This document shows positions 29,209-44,276 of a DNA stretch of 64,000 nt, in pieces; position 1 is the first letter of the stretch; every line of letters starts with the position of its first letter. Position numbers and translations under genes: made by a program. The DNA lies in assembly GCA_964016885.1 (NCBI GenBank), contig OZ024750.1:26288001-26352000 (forward strand), written 5' to 3'. The notes under the pieces were generated by a model. The model saw only the letters and a program-made list of their open reading frames with translations. It was not told the origin of the DNA and ran no database searches. The stretch comes from Eledone cirrhosa (lineage: Eukaryota).

Positions 29209-29594
29209 AATCTACATACATACATATATATCAATATATGTAGATTTATATATATATAAACGCCCACCCTCCCTAACGTTCCCTTGTCCAAAACGCTACC
29301 CTGCAGATCCGAAACACCCCAGGGGTGCATATGCCCACCTTTGAGAACCTTTGATCTACATCTAGCTTCCTAAGTGTCCACCAAACTACGGAGAATCTGA
29401 CCCTGTTAAAGGCTTCTCCCTCTCTACAAAATCTAGATGCAATGGCTTACACTTCGCTAAGTACCTCTCAAGCAGTTGTCGTACTATAAAGGGGGAATAA
29501 ATGGCACTCTTCTTCTTCTTCTTCTTCTTCTTCTTCTTCTTCTTCTTCTTCTTCTTCTTCTTCTGCTTCTTCTTCTTCTTCTTCTTGCTAAAAT

Positions 29595-31060
29595 GGCAGT
29601 GGGTTTGTCAGAAGCAACCGTCTTCAAATAATCCGGCTGGATCCCCAATCTAGACCAGATGTGCTCATGGATGTTATCCAATAATCTTGCGCGGTCTCTG
29701 TCTCTGGACTTCCTTCCGGTTGCGTTTACCCGTAAAATCTTTCTAGCGATTTTTTCCCCGAGACATTCTAAACGCATGGATATAGTATCGTATCTGTAAT
29801 CTCTCAATTCGGAGAAGTAGCGACTCACCCTGGTGGGAGACCTGATCTTCAAGCAACGCACCCTACTGAGTAACCTTACTCAAAATACCCTTTGGAGGAA
29901 CCCCAGGAACGATCAGGTTCGTTTCGTCATTACCCAAGATTCATAACCATAATGAGTGTTGACACGAATACCGTACTGAAGATAACCAGTTTGGATTCTT
30001 CACCTACATCCCTTCTTCTAAATAACAACAGCTGAAGCTGGCGCATTACAGCACCAGCTCCTGCAATTCTTGCACTTAATTCAGCCCCATGCGTTCCATC
30101 ACTTGTGAACATTGCCCCGAGATACATAAATTTCTCCACCTGTTTAATTGGAACCCCATTCATATATAGATTGCAAGGCACATTATTCCTTGAGACGAAG
30201 AGTATCTCAGTTTTCGCAGCATTGATTTACATTCCAGCCATGCAGAACTCGATATCAAACCTACAGAGTGCAATTCGGTGATTACCTTCTGCCGAATTAA
30301 GGAATACCGAGTCGTCTGAAAATTCTAGCCGACTGATTTTACACTTGCCAGTCGTGATACAACTTCTAGCCCGACTGCCTATGTCAATCATTTTCATGTA
30401 AATAATGAACACGATAGCTGAAAGACGCATCCTTGGCAGGATCCGACTCCCATATTGAATGGTTTCCATTTAGCACCATTTATCCAGTGGTAGTCCTGCC
30501 TAGCATAAATTCAAATGTCATCTTATCTACTTTGATTATCTCCCGAATTAATCATGCTATAACATTTTCAACAAATTTTAAGATATGGTCCATCAAGTTG
30601 ATACTTCTATATTTATTCTCTCTAGTGTATCTGCATTGCCCTTGTAGAAGTTGACAATAACTTTGCTGCACCAGTCATTGGGTATGACACATTTCTTGTA
30701 CTACTTGATTAACTATATGTCCGACTAGCACATATCCTACAATGCCGGGTGCTTTTAGCATCTCAACAAATATACCAGATGGTCCAGTGGTCTTCTCTAG
30801 TTTCATGTCCCTAATTGCTTTATCTATCTCATTGCTGGCAACTTCTTAGCTGATCCCTTAGTCAGATCTACATGTGGTAAGCCCTTACTGTCCTATTTAT
30901 TCTCTTCGTTCAGTAGTCTCTCGTAATAAGTACTTCTTTTCGGCATAAGACAGGGTAGGTGTTCTACTATCATTTCTACCATTTCACGATTTTTTCTAGC
31001 ACACTCTCTTGCAATTCGATATACACCCTTCAACTGTTTTACGCGACGAAGAACATGAGC
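29595..31060 (-). pseudogene. RTE-clade LINE remnants ending in (GAA)n
   Basis: ISRLEFSDDSVF, QVEKFMYLG, ELSARIAGAGAV, EMRCLKI. (AAG)n tail at 29507-29587. Confidence 0.7.
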
Positions 31061-31502
31061 AACTGTTTTTATCCCTCTGCCCTTGCTAGTTATACCTAGT
31101 TAAACCTAATTAAGGAGATAATGGATGTAAGGGTGGGTAGGAAGACTGGACAAAAGAAAGAGAGGAGTCAAGCTGTTCAGGCTAGAAAGAAGTGGGGCTG
31201 ATAGAATACTCTATGTAACGGCCGTATAACTCAGGGGTAGGTGCAGTATACTGGGAGAAAATTTGAGCTTCGTCGTAGCTGACGAACAAATCGGCGTATT
31301 TCGTGCACATTCAATTTACCATGGCTATCCCAGTAATTTGTTGGTAATATTTTCCTCAAATGGTTGAGGTTGAGAACAACTGAATCTTTTATCACCACTT
31401 TAATCTTATAATAATTCATATGGTATATAATTGATTCCTCATTTATAACTGTATTTAATTAATTGTTATCTTCAACATTGTCATGTATATTGATATTTAC
31501 AG

Positions 31503-31637
31503 AATGCCCAGCAGGAAAGTACGGTGAGCTTTGTGAATTGACATGCCATTGTTTCAATGACAGTAAGTGTGACAATCTAACCGGAAGGTGTCCAGCTGGA
31601 TGTGCTGCAGGTTATATCGGAAACAGCTGCAACACAG
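31503..31637 (+). CDS. EGF-like exon 1 of a MEGF10/Draper/SCARF-like receptor (135 nt, phase 1-1)
   Basis: tttacAG / GTATTT. (E)CPAGKYGELCELTCHCFNDSKCDNLTGRCPAGCAAGYIGNSCNT, 8 Cys. Confidence 0.9.
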
Positions 31638-31670
31638 GTATTTCTTAAAGATTCTAAGTATTTACAATAT

Positions 31671-31830
<160 letters not shown>

Positions 31831-31842
31831 AGAAAATGCGAA

Positions 31843-32400
31843 GTAGTTTCAGATGTTAAAGTCCTTTAATGATAATGTTGTGATACATATTTCAATGACG
31901 ACAGTGGCCACACGCTCTCGTGTACCCAGTGCCATGACATCATCAGACAGCTTCTTACATAATGAGGTTATGTTTCCGAGGCAATCCAAATTGAATCGAC
32001 AAGGGAACGGACAAAGCCAGTGTTCTTGAATCCTTCCCCCGATCCCTTGTGTGTCCCAATTTACCTCCACCGGTGTGCGCAGGCACAAGTCCGAAGGAAG
32101 TTGACCATCCACCACCCGAAAACTCTACGAAACTCACCTAGGCAGGTTCCCTCACACCCCAACCATGTCTGTAATATGACACGGTTTTAGTTTACTACTA
32201 GTCGCCCTGCCAGTGGCAGTTGACCAACACCTAGTGGTAGTGGTAGAGTATGAGTTTCAAATAGGCTCCGATACTACCCCTAAATTATGGTTGGACAATA
32301 GAATTGACCATCATCCACTAAGAGAATATAAACTTAACTTTAGATATGGTTTCACAGTGGAAATTATGATTGAAAATTAGAAATTAAAAATTCACAATTC
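31843..32400 (-). mobile_element. PLE-like pseudo-LTR with hammerhead at 31877-31951 (family copies 59560-60150 +, 54557-54656 +)
   Basis: Reverse-complement match to 59600-60148. GCUGU-CUGAUGA-...-GAAA-uaugua-UC/-ACAAC. Confidence 0.7.
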
Positions 32401-32454
32401 AAAATCTTGATTGAAGTAATATATATATATATACACACACACACGCATACACAT

Positions 32455-32536
<82 letters not shown>

Positions 32537-32749
32537 AATAGGGAGATTTTTAAATTATAGTAAGAAGTTTTGAAAGGGGATCAATATTACAGATATACTT
32601 TCCATTTATTGAACGTACAGTAGACCGGAGTGTAAATTACAGTATGAAACGTAGTAATTAGGCAAACAATTAGTTAATATCTTCTTCTATCATATGAATC
32701 AAAACAAAACAAAACGTTCTTCATCCTCAGTGTATACTGATTAATGTTC

Positions 32750-33200
32750 ACAGCGATACTTAGCATTCTCGTGTAGCCCCATCCACCGTCTGAGTAAGTT
32801 TCTTGGTCAGTGTCCCAGTCTCAGACCCATTCATTAGCACAGAAACCCCTACAGCAACGAAGAGACGCATGTTCAGGTCTCTACGAAGGTCTGACTTCCA
32901 CACCGAGCTAAAACAGTGGCACGCCGCCCAGGCTTTGCTCTTCCACTCTACCACATCATCTTCTGTATTCCCAATTTGCTCCCAGATACAAGAAGTCCTC
33001 AATCAAATCTAGCGGCTTCCCCCTACATTAGTAATCTTCTCTGGCTTCTTAATATTCTCTACCAGATACTTAATCTTAATCTCATTCATTCAAAGCCCCA
33101 TACTCATCGACACAGTCTCCACCGCCTGCATCAAATCCTATGCCTCCTTCACTGTGTTTGTCACCGGAACTATGTCATCGACAAATTAGTTATGTAGATT
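32750..33200 (-). pseudogene. RTE-clade RT remnant
   Basis: YADDI-like segment, KSKAWAAC...VWKSDL...LFVA..VSVLMNGSETGTLTK. Confidence 0.65.
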
Positions 33201-33722
33201 TCTAGCCAGTATAGAGAAGGTTAATGTGCTCAATGCATATAAGTTGTTAGACTAGCGAACCATGCGATTAAATGTAATGAGAGATAGCTTAACAATCGTA
33301 TAATAAGCAGAGGAAAAACCGTTTTTAAAATGCTGGAGAGAATAACAAAGATTTATGAATACATGTATATATTTAATGGCTGACAAGTATGGCAGTGAAA
33401 AAACTTTATAACAGCCATTTTGTGTGGCTGCTATAACGTCCTTTCACTTCCAACTTTTTAATATCAATATTCCACATTTCGGTGATATAATTTAATTTAT
33501 GAATTAATATGTTATGAAGAATTTTTTTTTGTAGGCTCTGATGATAATAGTAATTTTTAATGGAGTAATATCGATTTATATTAGATACCCCAACATGTAT
33601 GTCCATCCTTACTGTGCAATATTTGAAAAAACTTGTCAGCCATTAAATATATACATATATTTATAAATCTTTGTTATTCTCTCCAGCATTTTCAATACGA
33701 TATATATATGTATATGTATATA

Positions 33723-33852
<130 letters not shown>

Positions 33853-34000
33853 GTTACAGTATCGTGAGAGAGGATAGAGAGATGAGGTAAAAGAGAAACG
33901 ATACAGAGGATTATTTGCCAAAATGTGCTCGATGCTTATGTAAACAGGGTTAAACATTAGTGGCGTTAATATTTAGTGTACGAAGTTAAGCAGAGCAATT

Positions 34001-34977
34001 ATAATCGAAATAATTGATGAAAGAGAAGCAAGCCGTTAAAACACATTTATAAAAATCTCTTACATATGTTTCGCCTAATGGGGCTCGTCTGAGGCGGTTA
34101 AATAGGCTAAGAAATTAATAATGAAACCAGTAAGGTCACAAGCAAAATTTTAATATCGAAATCCATTACTTTGTGTTATAAAATGGAGTCAAGATCTTTG
34201 TTACTAAGGGAAGTATTTCCGGTGCATGCTAAAGTTATCTCTTTGATCAATGACAGCTATTAAAAAATTAATTTAATTATGTTAATTTAATTATGGTTTG
34301 TCAAGTCAATTTAATGAGACACTGTTAAGGTATGAGTCTTAGTATCAATTATGAGTAAGGTAATTAAAGACTTTAAACTAGTTTAGTTAGTACATAGCTG
34401 CAATATCAATGTAGGCTTAATAGTCTAGAAATGTAAAGACATATAAGATGGATTCAGTATAATTATATGATCATATGTCTACAGTGTTTAAAGGGTATAG
34501 TCAGCAGTTCTGTAATACTACCCAAAGTTTAGTCTATCAGTGTGGAAGAATACAAAAGGGTAATCTCCTCTGAAAATATGCAGTGAAACTCCCTGGAGGG
34601 ACGACGGGGGATGGATGATGGTATTGTTCAAAGATGTTTAATTTTAAGTCTACCATGTTAAGTCGAGCCAGGGCACAGTGTTGGAGGCCCCGGGTGTTAT
34701 GGTGTTTGAGTAATAGCCGGGATCCATCTATAGAAGGACTGTTGTAGTCTATGTCCGCAATTGATGACAGTTTCGGCTCGACTATTAATGAGGTGCTTCT
34801 AACACGAAGTAATGCATTTCGATGTTAAAATTTTGCTTGTACCCTTACAGGGCTCATTATTAATTTCTTTGCCTATTTACCCGCCTCAGACGAGCCCCAT
34901 TGGGCGAAACATATGTAAGAGATTTCTATAAATGTGTTTTAACGGGTTGCTACTCTTTCATCAATTTTTTCGATTAT
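34001..34977 (+). mobile_element. Non-coding PLE-like element with ~160-bp inverted termini, each carrying a hammerhead motif
   Basis: 34001-34162 is the reverse complement of 34816-34977. cct-CAGACGA-gccc-catt-gggc-GAAAC-atat-GTA-agag at 34884-34921. Confidence 0.7.
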
Positions 34978-34997
34978 ATAAATATATATGTATATAT

Positions 34998-35600
34998 ATG
35001 GTGGCTGCCAACTCGTTTTCGAGTACGGCCACTACTTTATATCCATGTAGGAGAACCCCTACCGATGCGCTAAACAAGTGTGACTTTTAGTCCAGCCAGC
35101 GACTTGAAAACTCTGGTACAAACACTACACCTGTGACAATTATTGACACATAGTGTTGGGCCTTTGGTACCATGTGACGACAAGTGTAGAGAGATCTCCA
35201 GATATAAAGCAATGCCTGTGCCGTGAAGCTTTTATAGTGAGCAAAGGCACTGCACAAAGCCAGTCCCACTCTCTTAACCAAGATGATATTTACCAAAAAG
35301 AAGAATAAGTCAACATCATTGGATACCATCAGGGTTGCAGGTGTTATATCAGAGTTTTCCTTCTCTTAGAATTCTGCCTTGACAAAGGCTAAGGGGTCAT
35401 CTCTCCCGGTGATTTTGGATGGCCATTGACTCTTAAGAGCTCCTTTGCCAGGTTTTGTTTTTAGTCCTGCAGGATGTCCAAAGTCACCCTCCTCACCAAG
35501 AAACCTTGGTGGGGTTGCCAGTTTAGTCGCCAACGACCCGACCATGGGACAGGTTGTACTGGGATACATGTTACCAGTAGCACCAACTGGTGACCTGACG
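34998..35600 (+). mobile_element. ~600-bp non-autonomous retroposon, copy 3
   Basis: Direct match to 12437-13030. Confidence 0.75.
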
Positions 35601-35625
35601 TATGTATATATATATACATATATAT

Positions 35626-35770
<145 letters not shown>

Positions 35771-36169
35771 TTTAAAAGAAGAGAGGTGTAACACACGAGT
35801 TGTGATATATTAGTAAAAGGAAAAGAAAATGCTGACAAATTTTTCTCAGTGAAAAATAGTTTAATTAGGAAGAAGAAAAAATTAGTAATAAGTATTGGTT
35901 AGTATTCAGTTTTAGTTTTAAATTTTTACCGGTTGCGCATTTCTAATGCTTTTCAAAAATATGTGTGTGTGTGCGTGTGTATATCACCAAAGTAAACATA
36001 TGAAACCAATAACGTATACAACATGGATAAAGTAGAACCACCGAAATGATAAACAGGGAGTTAAGTAAGATATATAAAAAGAGACTTTAAAGTGAAATAT
36101 GGATAGGGCAATGGAAGAGATGAATTAGATAGCAACCAGACGCAATCTAGAAATTTAATTGAACACTAT

Positions 36170-36585
36170 CAACCGATAGAAACGCAGATAATACTGAAGG
36201 ATCACAAACCGAATTACAACATTGACGTCACAGTCAGACATATTGTGTAATTCAGGACGGTCATTGAAGTAATAAGTAAAATACTAATTAGTGTCTTCTC
36301 CAATGAAAACACTAAGGACGGGAAAAAATTGTTTGTACAGTTTCTATATTACAATGGGATCCAGTGACTCAGAGCAGGTGACCGATCACGTGAGATATGT
36401 GAATAAGTGTTTTCTGGGTCTCAGCGGAGGATTATATCACGATGATGCCCTATGTATCCCACACAAACATAAAAAGACCGATTAGAGCGGATGAAGAAGT
36501 AAATATCTTAAGTTTTCAAGAATATAAGATTAGAAATCGCAATCTATAGTAAACATTAAAAAGATCTATCAATTCTTCGACATTC
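36170..36585 (+). pseudogene. Highly decayed PLE RT fragment
   Basis: LKDHKPN-like segment, ITMGSSDSEQV and GGLYHDDAL, which resemble MGSYDGAEV and GLYRDDGL. Confidence 0.55.
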
Positions 36586-36595
36586 ATCATATATA

Positions 36596-36642
<47 letters not shown>

Positions 36643-36659
36643 ATTGACAATATATATAT

Positions 36660-39600
36660 AATAATTGACAGTAACAAACTAGCCAATATACGAAGAAATA
36701 TTGTAAGAAAAAAGTTACTAACTGATAGAGAAATTGATAAGATCAAGCTATTAGCACAAAGTCAGCGAAGGGAAAATGAAACATGTGTCAGTGAAAACGA
36801 GGTAAACTGTAACACTTCGAACCCCAGGGTTGGGGCGGAATCACTGGCAACAGAACAAATTAAAGAAAGGATCGAAAAAGTGGAGGGAGTGCATGCTCAG
36901 GATGAAACTCCAAATGAAAATAATGAGATCGTAAATGATAAAGAAATGAATGAGAATGAACTTACCAACTTGAAGGATGAAATTATGATCGAATGGATGA
37001 AAATGAAAGAATCTGACATGGGGAAACGAGACACCCTCCCTAAGATCCAGAACTCCAAACAGAACCAAAAGATAATACACAAGACTAACATAATTCTCAA
37101 AAACATTATCATCACAAACAAACTAAACATTACTGATTTAAATCATCTCTATTATGCATCGGCTAAAGTCACCACTCACTTATGTGGAGTGAAGATGAAA
37201 AAACAAAGGAATTCCCACAAGAAATCTACTTGGCAAGAGAACATCAATCGCCAAATAAACCTTCTCCGATCTGACATAGAAATTTTAACAAATTATAAAG
37301 TAGGTGAACATGTTAAACAAACTAAACTTAGAAAATTGAAAAAAAAGTACAGTATAAAATCAACATGTGACATAGACATGCTGATAGAAATAATCAAGCA
37401 AAAAGTGTCGGCCAAAGCTGCTCGTATAAGGCGCTTTGAAAAACGATCTAGATTCTATAAGGACAATAATATGTTCAAAAACAACCAAAGAAACTTCTAC
37501 AGAAAAATTGGTAAGTCAACAATAACTGCTAAATCAATACCACCCAAGGAGGAAGTGCAAGAATTCTGGGAAAAGATCTGGGCCGAAGAAAAAGTTCATA
37601 ACATACATGCCCCATGGAGAGACAGACAAATGAAAGATACAGCTCACCTTGAGGAACAAACATGGGAAAATATAACAGTTGAACAGTTGCGCTTGGCTCT
37701 AAGAAAAACCAGCAAATGGAAATCCCCAGGAAAAGACAAAATACAAAACTTTTGGATAAATGCCTTCACAGAGTCTCATGAGCTGTTAGCCCAACTTTAC
37801 AATGAAATAGTTAAGGAGCCAGAAAAGATATCTTCATGGCTAGTTACCGGCATTACATTCCTGCTTCCGAAGAATGATGAGACAAACAATCCCAAAAATT
37901 ACAGACCGATAACTTGCTTGACCACAATGTATAAAATTTTAACATCAGTCCTAACTGAATACACATATGACCACCTGATAACAAATGACCTATTTCCCAT
38001 TGAGCAGAAAGGGTGTAAACGAGGCTCATATGGCTGTAAGGATCAGCTTCTGGTTAACAAAATGATACTGGAAGATTGTCATAATAGACACAAAAATCTA
38101 TCGATTGCTTGGATAGATTATAAAAAAGCATTTGATAGTTTGCCACACAGTTGGATTGAAAAATGTTTAGAGATTTTCAAAGTATCCCCCGTTGTCAGGA
38201 GGTTTTTGTCATTCAGTATGAAGACATGGAAAACGACACTCCTTTTGAATAGTGAAACAAAATCACTGGAAGCTGGAGAAGTTAATATTAATTGTGGAAT
38301 TTTTATCACCGCTTTTATTCTGCATCGCACTTATACCATTAAGTAAAATGCTCAATGAAACAAAACATGGATATAAAGTCTATGACAAAACCATTAATCA
38401 CCTGTTCTACATGGATGACCTGAAACTATTTGCAAAAAATGATGAACAATTGCAAGGGCTATTATCCACTGTGAAGCAGTTCAGTGATGACATTAAAATG
38501 GAGTTTGGACTAGATAAATGCGCCAAAGCAACGTTCACCAGAGGAAAGCTGCTGAAGAGTTCAGACATTAATCTTGATCGGGGGAATGTGATAAGAGAAC
38601 TTGATCAAGAAAAAACTTACAAATATCTAGGTGTTTGTGAAGGAGACGGAATCAAGCACTCGACAATGAGGGAAAGGATGAGGAAGGAATGTTACCGCAG
38701 AGTAAGAGCAATCTTAAGAACGGAATTGAATGCAAGGAATAGGATCGATACCATAAACACGCTTGCCATACCAGTAGTAACCTACAGTTACAATGTCATC
38801 AACTGGTCAAGCACAGAGATCCGTAGGCTCGATACAAATATTCGAAAATTCTTAACCATGCACAGAATGCATCACCCTAAGGCAGATATAGATAGAATAT
38901 ATCTCCCTGGGAAAGAAGGAGGACGTGGGTTAATCCAGTTAGACATTGCGTTGAAAACTGCAACAATTGGATTATCTACATATCTAAGGGAATCACATGA
39001 TTGGATAATCAAACTCGTTTTGAAACACGAAAGCATCAAAAGATCATATTCCATTACAAAAGATGCACAAAGATACAGTAATGGACTACAAATTTCAGAA
39101 GTCCCATTTACTGCTGAAATGGAAAACACAGAAAAAGCAAAGCAGGTAAAAGTAACTGCAAAGAAAGAACTGCTACAGAAACTGGCTAAGAAATGGCAAG
39201 AAAAGCCTCTGTATGGAAAATACCCAGAGCGAGCTAACAATCCTGATGTTGACAAAACTTTAACCCATCAGTGGTTGGCATCCTCTGGACTGAAATCGGA
39301 GACTGAAGGACTGATTATATCGGCACAAGATCAGTGTCTGCCAACAAAAAATTACCAAGCCAACATAATAAAAAATGGGTGCAGCCCATTATGCCGTGTA
39401 TGCAAAAAACAACCAGAGACCATTGACCATATAATTTCAATGTGCAGTCCTATAGCTCCAACCGAATACCTAAACAGGCATGACAGAGCTGCACAATACA
39501 TACATTGGATAATGTGTAAGCATTTTGACCTGCCCCATCAAAAGAATTGGTGGGAGCATCAACCACCTCCCATACATGAAAAAGATCACATCTCAATCTT

Positions 39601-40115
39601 GTGGAACTTTAGCATCCAAACAGACCGAAAAATAGATGCAAACAGACCTGATATAATATTGAAAGACTTTCAAAAGAGGGTATGCCTGCTAATTGATATG
39701 TCTGTTCCAATAGACAAGAATGTATCTATAAAAACATTTGAAAAATTGAGCAAGTATAAGGACCTGGAGATAGGTATTGGAAAAATGTGGAAATTGAGAA
39801 CTAAAACAATACCAGTGGTTGTAGGCGCTCTGGGAATGATACCTAAGGGGTCTAATGATTACATATCGCAAATCCCAGGAAACCCGCGTATAGGAGATAG
39901 TACTAATGGGAACTGCCCATATACTAAGGAAGATTCTGTCAATATAAGTACATCACAAGTCTAAACACTAAAGATGCATGTGTGAATATATATGTTCTTT
40001 CTTGAACATGGCGGACCTTGTTGTCTCTTGAGGTCACTGGTTGTGACTTGGTGATAACTCGTATGAACATAAAGCAAGATAAATGCAACTGTAATAATAA
40101 TAATAATAATAATAA
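36660..40115 (+). mobile_element. R4/Dong-like LINE, near full length, two frameshifts, (AAT)n tail
   Basis: WKSPGKD, NYRPITCL, WIDYKKAFDS, HLFYMDDLKL, CCHC (CRVC..ETIDHIISMC), RHD, NRPDI..LIDMSVP. QGDS is deleted at ~38302 and there is a second shift at ~39895. Confidence 0.92.
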
Positions 40116-43100
40116 CCCCAAGGGGAGGGGCTATAGCAGACGGATGCATAACATCTGGAACGAGATTGGTCTATTTAAATTAGATGAACAAAAATTGGCC
40201 GGGCAGGCTCGGGCAATAAGAACTAATGGGTGGATAAGCGAGCTGGAACTGGAGGAACTGAGCAGAGAGAATAGCTTAGAGATGGAGGGTGTAGTATGCC
40301 AGACAAACGAGCCAGTGGGAAATGAAGGTGAAGAGGTCGAGAGAACGGAGGAACCACCCGAAGCAGACAATGATCTGAATACTGAGATAAATAATACCTG
40401 GAATAGAGATACGGCCACTGAGGAGATGAATGCTGACGGGCTAGGACAAGATGGGTTGACATCCTAAATTTAGTGGTAGATGAATTGAACAATGATAGTG
40501 GGAGACCTATGAACCTAAGATTTGTAGACAGGAAAAAGTTAAAATAAACAACAGCTCAGGTAAACAAAGTCATCCCATACCTTGAGGCGAGGAGCCTTCA
40601 CCAGTGCAACAATATCCTCAAAGCAACAGCAAATACGGTGAGGAAACTACTTGGTATAAAAGCGTGAGGAAACAACAGACAAGAAAGAGCAGAGCCTTGG
40701 TGGAAGAAACGACTGAGTGGTCAAATCAAGGAAATGAGAAATGAAATGACATAGGAAAGCTTGAGTCACTACTGAATGGGACGCTAAAAAACATAGGCAC
40801 TAAAAATAGACTGGAAATAAAGTACAAAACTAGGAGGAAAAAGCTAAATATTATCATAGAGCAACTGAAGCAACGCATTGTAGCAAAGAGTGCAAAAATC
40901 AGGCGATACGAGAACAGAGTCAGTCAGTATAAACAGAACCGCATGTTCGACAACAACCAGAAGATGCTGTTTGGACAGCTTGAGGGGAAAGAAAGAGGCA
41001 ACGACTTGATCCCTGGGGCGGAACAAACTTAAACATTCTGGAGAGGAATATGGGAGCAGGATGTTAGACATAATGACCAGGCAGGGTTGATTGAGACAGT
41101 ACAGAGGGAGATCGGTGAGCAGGCACACCAACAAACTGATTTGAGTATCACAGTTGAAACTCTTAAGGGGCAGGCCAAAAAACTAACCAACTGGAAATCA
41201 CCAGGCCCAGATGGTGTGCAGGGGTATTGGATTAAAAATTTAACATCCCTCCACCCGAAGCTGACGACCATGTTCAATGACTGCTTGGTGTCGGGTGAGG
41301 TGCCAGAGTGGTTGACAAAAGGTACCACAGTTCTGATAATGAAAGACCGAATCAAGGGTAATGATGTTACCAACTATAGACCTATTACATGTCTGTCCGT
41401 AATGTGGAAACTGTTGACGAGCATTGTGTCTGAGGAAATCTACCATCACCTCCACACAAACAACTTGTTACCGGACGAACAGAAAGGATGCCGAAAGAAG
41501 TCACGTGGTACAAAGGACCAGTTACTTATTAATAAGATGGTAATGGGGAATTGCAGGAGGAGACACACTGATCTTGCCATGGGATGGATAGACTACAGAA
41601 AGGCATTTGACATGGTGCCTCATTCTTGGATCACCAAAAGCCTGGAGATCTTCAAGGTGGCAGATAACATCAGACAGTTGCTGGGCAGGAGTATGGGGTC
41701 CTGGGAGACAGAGTTGACATCAACTGGAGAATACTTGGGAAGCGTGAAGATCAAGAGAGGTATCTTCCAGGGAGATAGCCTGTCCCCTCTGTTGTTTGTC
41801 CTTGCTCTGATGCCCTTGACCATTATGCTGCGAAAAGTGAGAGCAGGATACAAGTTGGGAAAGGGAGAGCTTACCATCAATCACCTCCTCTTCATGGACG
41901 ATCTTAAGCTCTTCGGGAAGAGTGAGAAGGAGTTGGATGTGCTTGTTGACACTGTCCGTATTTTCAGCAGTGATATATGTATGCAGTTTGGTATTAGTAA
42001 ATGTGGAGTCATTGTGATGAGGAGGGGTAGGTTGAGCAGAAGTAACGGAATCCAGATATCAACAGGTGAGATGATAAAGGAAATTGACTCTGAGGAAGGA
42101 TACAAGTATTTGGGCGTTCTGGAGGCTGATGGCATAAAGAACAAAAAAATGAAGGAATTGTTAAGAACTGAATACATTCGGAGAATAAGGAGCGTATTGA
42201 AGTCACATCTGAACAGCAGAAATGCCATAATCGCAGTAAATACCCGAGCTGTGTCTATTATTAGGTACAGTGCGGGAATTCTGAGATGGAATGTTGCTGA
42301 ACAAAAAGAAATGGATAGGAAGACTAGGAAGCTATTGACTATCTACAACATGTTCCACAAGAGGAGTGATGTCGATAGACTCTACCTAAGGAGAACTGAG
42401 GGTGGAAGAGGTCTTATCAGCATAGAGGACTGTGTTCAGATGGAGAAAAACAACATATACAAATACGTGACTGAGAGTAAGGAGCCAATGCTCAGAACTG
42501 TACTGAAGGAGGGGACAGTAGGCCAGGGGATGTCCAAGGAGGAAATAACATCAAGGAGAAAGAGCAGCCTTCAGGGAAAATCCCTTCATAGTACCTTCTT
42601 TGAGAAAACTGAATTTAGAGATCCACAGACATGGAACTGGCTGAGAAGAGGAGGTCTCAAAAAGGCTACAGAAGGAATGCTAATGGCTGCGCAGGAGCAG
42701 GCCCTCAAAACGAAGTGGTTGAAGCACCATATTTACAAGGAGGAGGCTAGCCCACTGTGCAGGATCTGTGGAGAGAGAGAGGAGACTGTGGCTCACATTG
42801 TATCCGAGTGTAAACACCTAGCCCAGACCCGCTATAAGGGCTGGAGACATGATGTGATGGGCAGGGTGATCCACTGGCACCTGTGCAAAGTAAACAATTT
42901 ACCACATTCTGAGAAATGGTATGAGCATAAGCCAGAGGCGGTGATGGAGAACGATCAGGTGAAGGTGCTGAGGGATTTTAGGATACAGACGGACTAGAAA
43001 CTGGAACACAATAGACCTGACCTGGTGGTTGTGGACAAAGAAAAAAAGATCGTGTCTGATTGTGGATGTGTTCTGCCCATTCGACACGAGGGTGCAAGAG

Positions 43101-43414
43101 AAGGAGAGGGAGAAAATTAACCGATACCAGGACCTAAAGTGGGAAGTGAAAAGTATTTGGAACTGCCATGAAGTCAAAGTGATCCCGATTGTCATAGGCG
43201 CACTGGGGACTATCTCCCAAAGTTTCCAGGGATGGTTAAAGAAAATCGGCCCCTTCACGCTTTTTGGAACGCTTCAAAAGGCATGCTTGCTGGGAACAGC
43301 AAGAACCCTCCGATACGTCCTGAATATCTGAGGCTGCAGGTAGTGGCTTGATATTCATTCCAACGGACTTTCCAGTTAACCAACATCAATGACTGAGATT
43401 CAAGGAATAACAAC

Positions 43415-43504
<90 letters not shown>

Positions 43505-43533
43505 CATAATAATAATAATAGTAATAATAATAA
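40116..43533 (+). mobile_element. Second R4/Dong-like LINE, 5'-truncated, long (AAT)n tail
   Basis: ORF 41087-42997 with GIFQGDSLSP, FMDDLKL, CRIC..HIVSEC, RHD. Stop at 42995 and frameshift at ~43045. (AAT)n at 43413-43532. Confidence 0.92.
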
Positions 43534-43601
43534 ATTTGAAGACTAAAATCCAAAGACGATAAGGATAAATATATATCAAAATATAACAGCCGTAGAGCAA
43601 A

Positions 43602-44202
43602 TATTTATTAAAATAACAGATTAAAGTTTAAGCAAAGAATCGCTGCTTCACTCTTAACGGGATCTTCTGAAACTGACACATTCAATCTGTAAACGCAGAA
43701 GTGAATATTTCAATAAACGTTGCAACCGGAGGAAGACAGGAAGACGATACTTTGGTTCGTGGAAACGTTCCCTGGCAAAGAACGGGAAAAAACGAATATA
43801 ATATGTCATTATTTGGAGCGGTGAAAAACAATTACACGCAAAGACAGAACCACGTTTATGGTATAAAAGAAATCGTAGACTAATATTCTCTTACGTGGTT
43901 CGTAGAGACGTTCTCTGGCAATGAACGAAAAAAACGAAGATAATACGTCATATACCATAAACGTGGTTCTGTCTTTGCGTGTAATTGTTTTTCACCGCTC
44001 CAAATAATGACGTATTATATTCGTTTTTTCCCGTTCTTTGCCAGGGAACGTTTCCACAAACCAAAGTATCGTCTTCCTGTCTTCCTCCGGTTGCAACGTT
44101 TTTTTTAATATTCACTACTGAGTTTACAGATTGACTTTGTCAGTTTCAGAAGATCCCGTTAAGGGTGAAAGCAGCGATTCTTTGCTTAAACTTTAATCTG
44201 TT

Positions 44203-44212
<10 letters not shown>
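43602..44212. mobile_element. Fold-back element with ~260-bp arms (single-arm copy at 52015-52445)
   Basis: 43605-43865 is the reverse complement of 43951-44210. Hammerhead-like CAGAAGA-tccc-gttaa-ggg-t-GAAA at 44147-44170. Confidence 0.8.
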
Positions 44213-44274
<62 letters not shown>

Positions 44275-44276
<2 letters not shown>

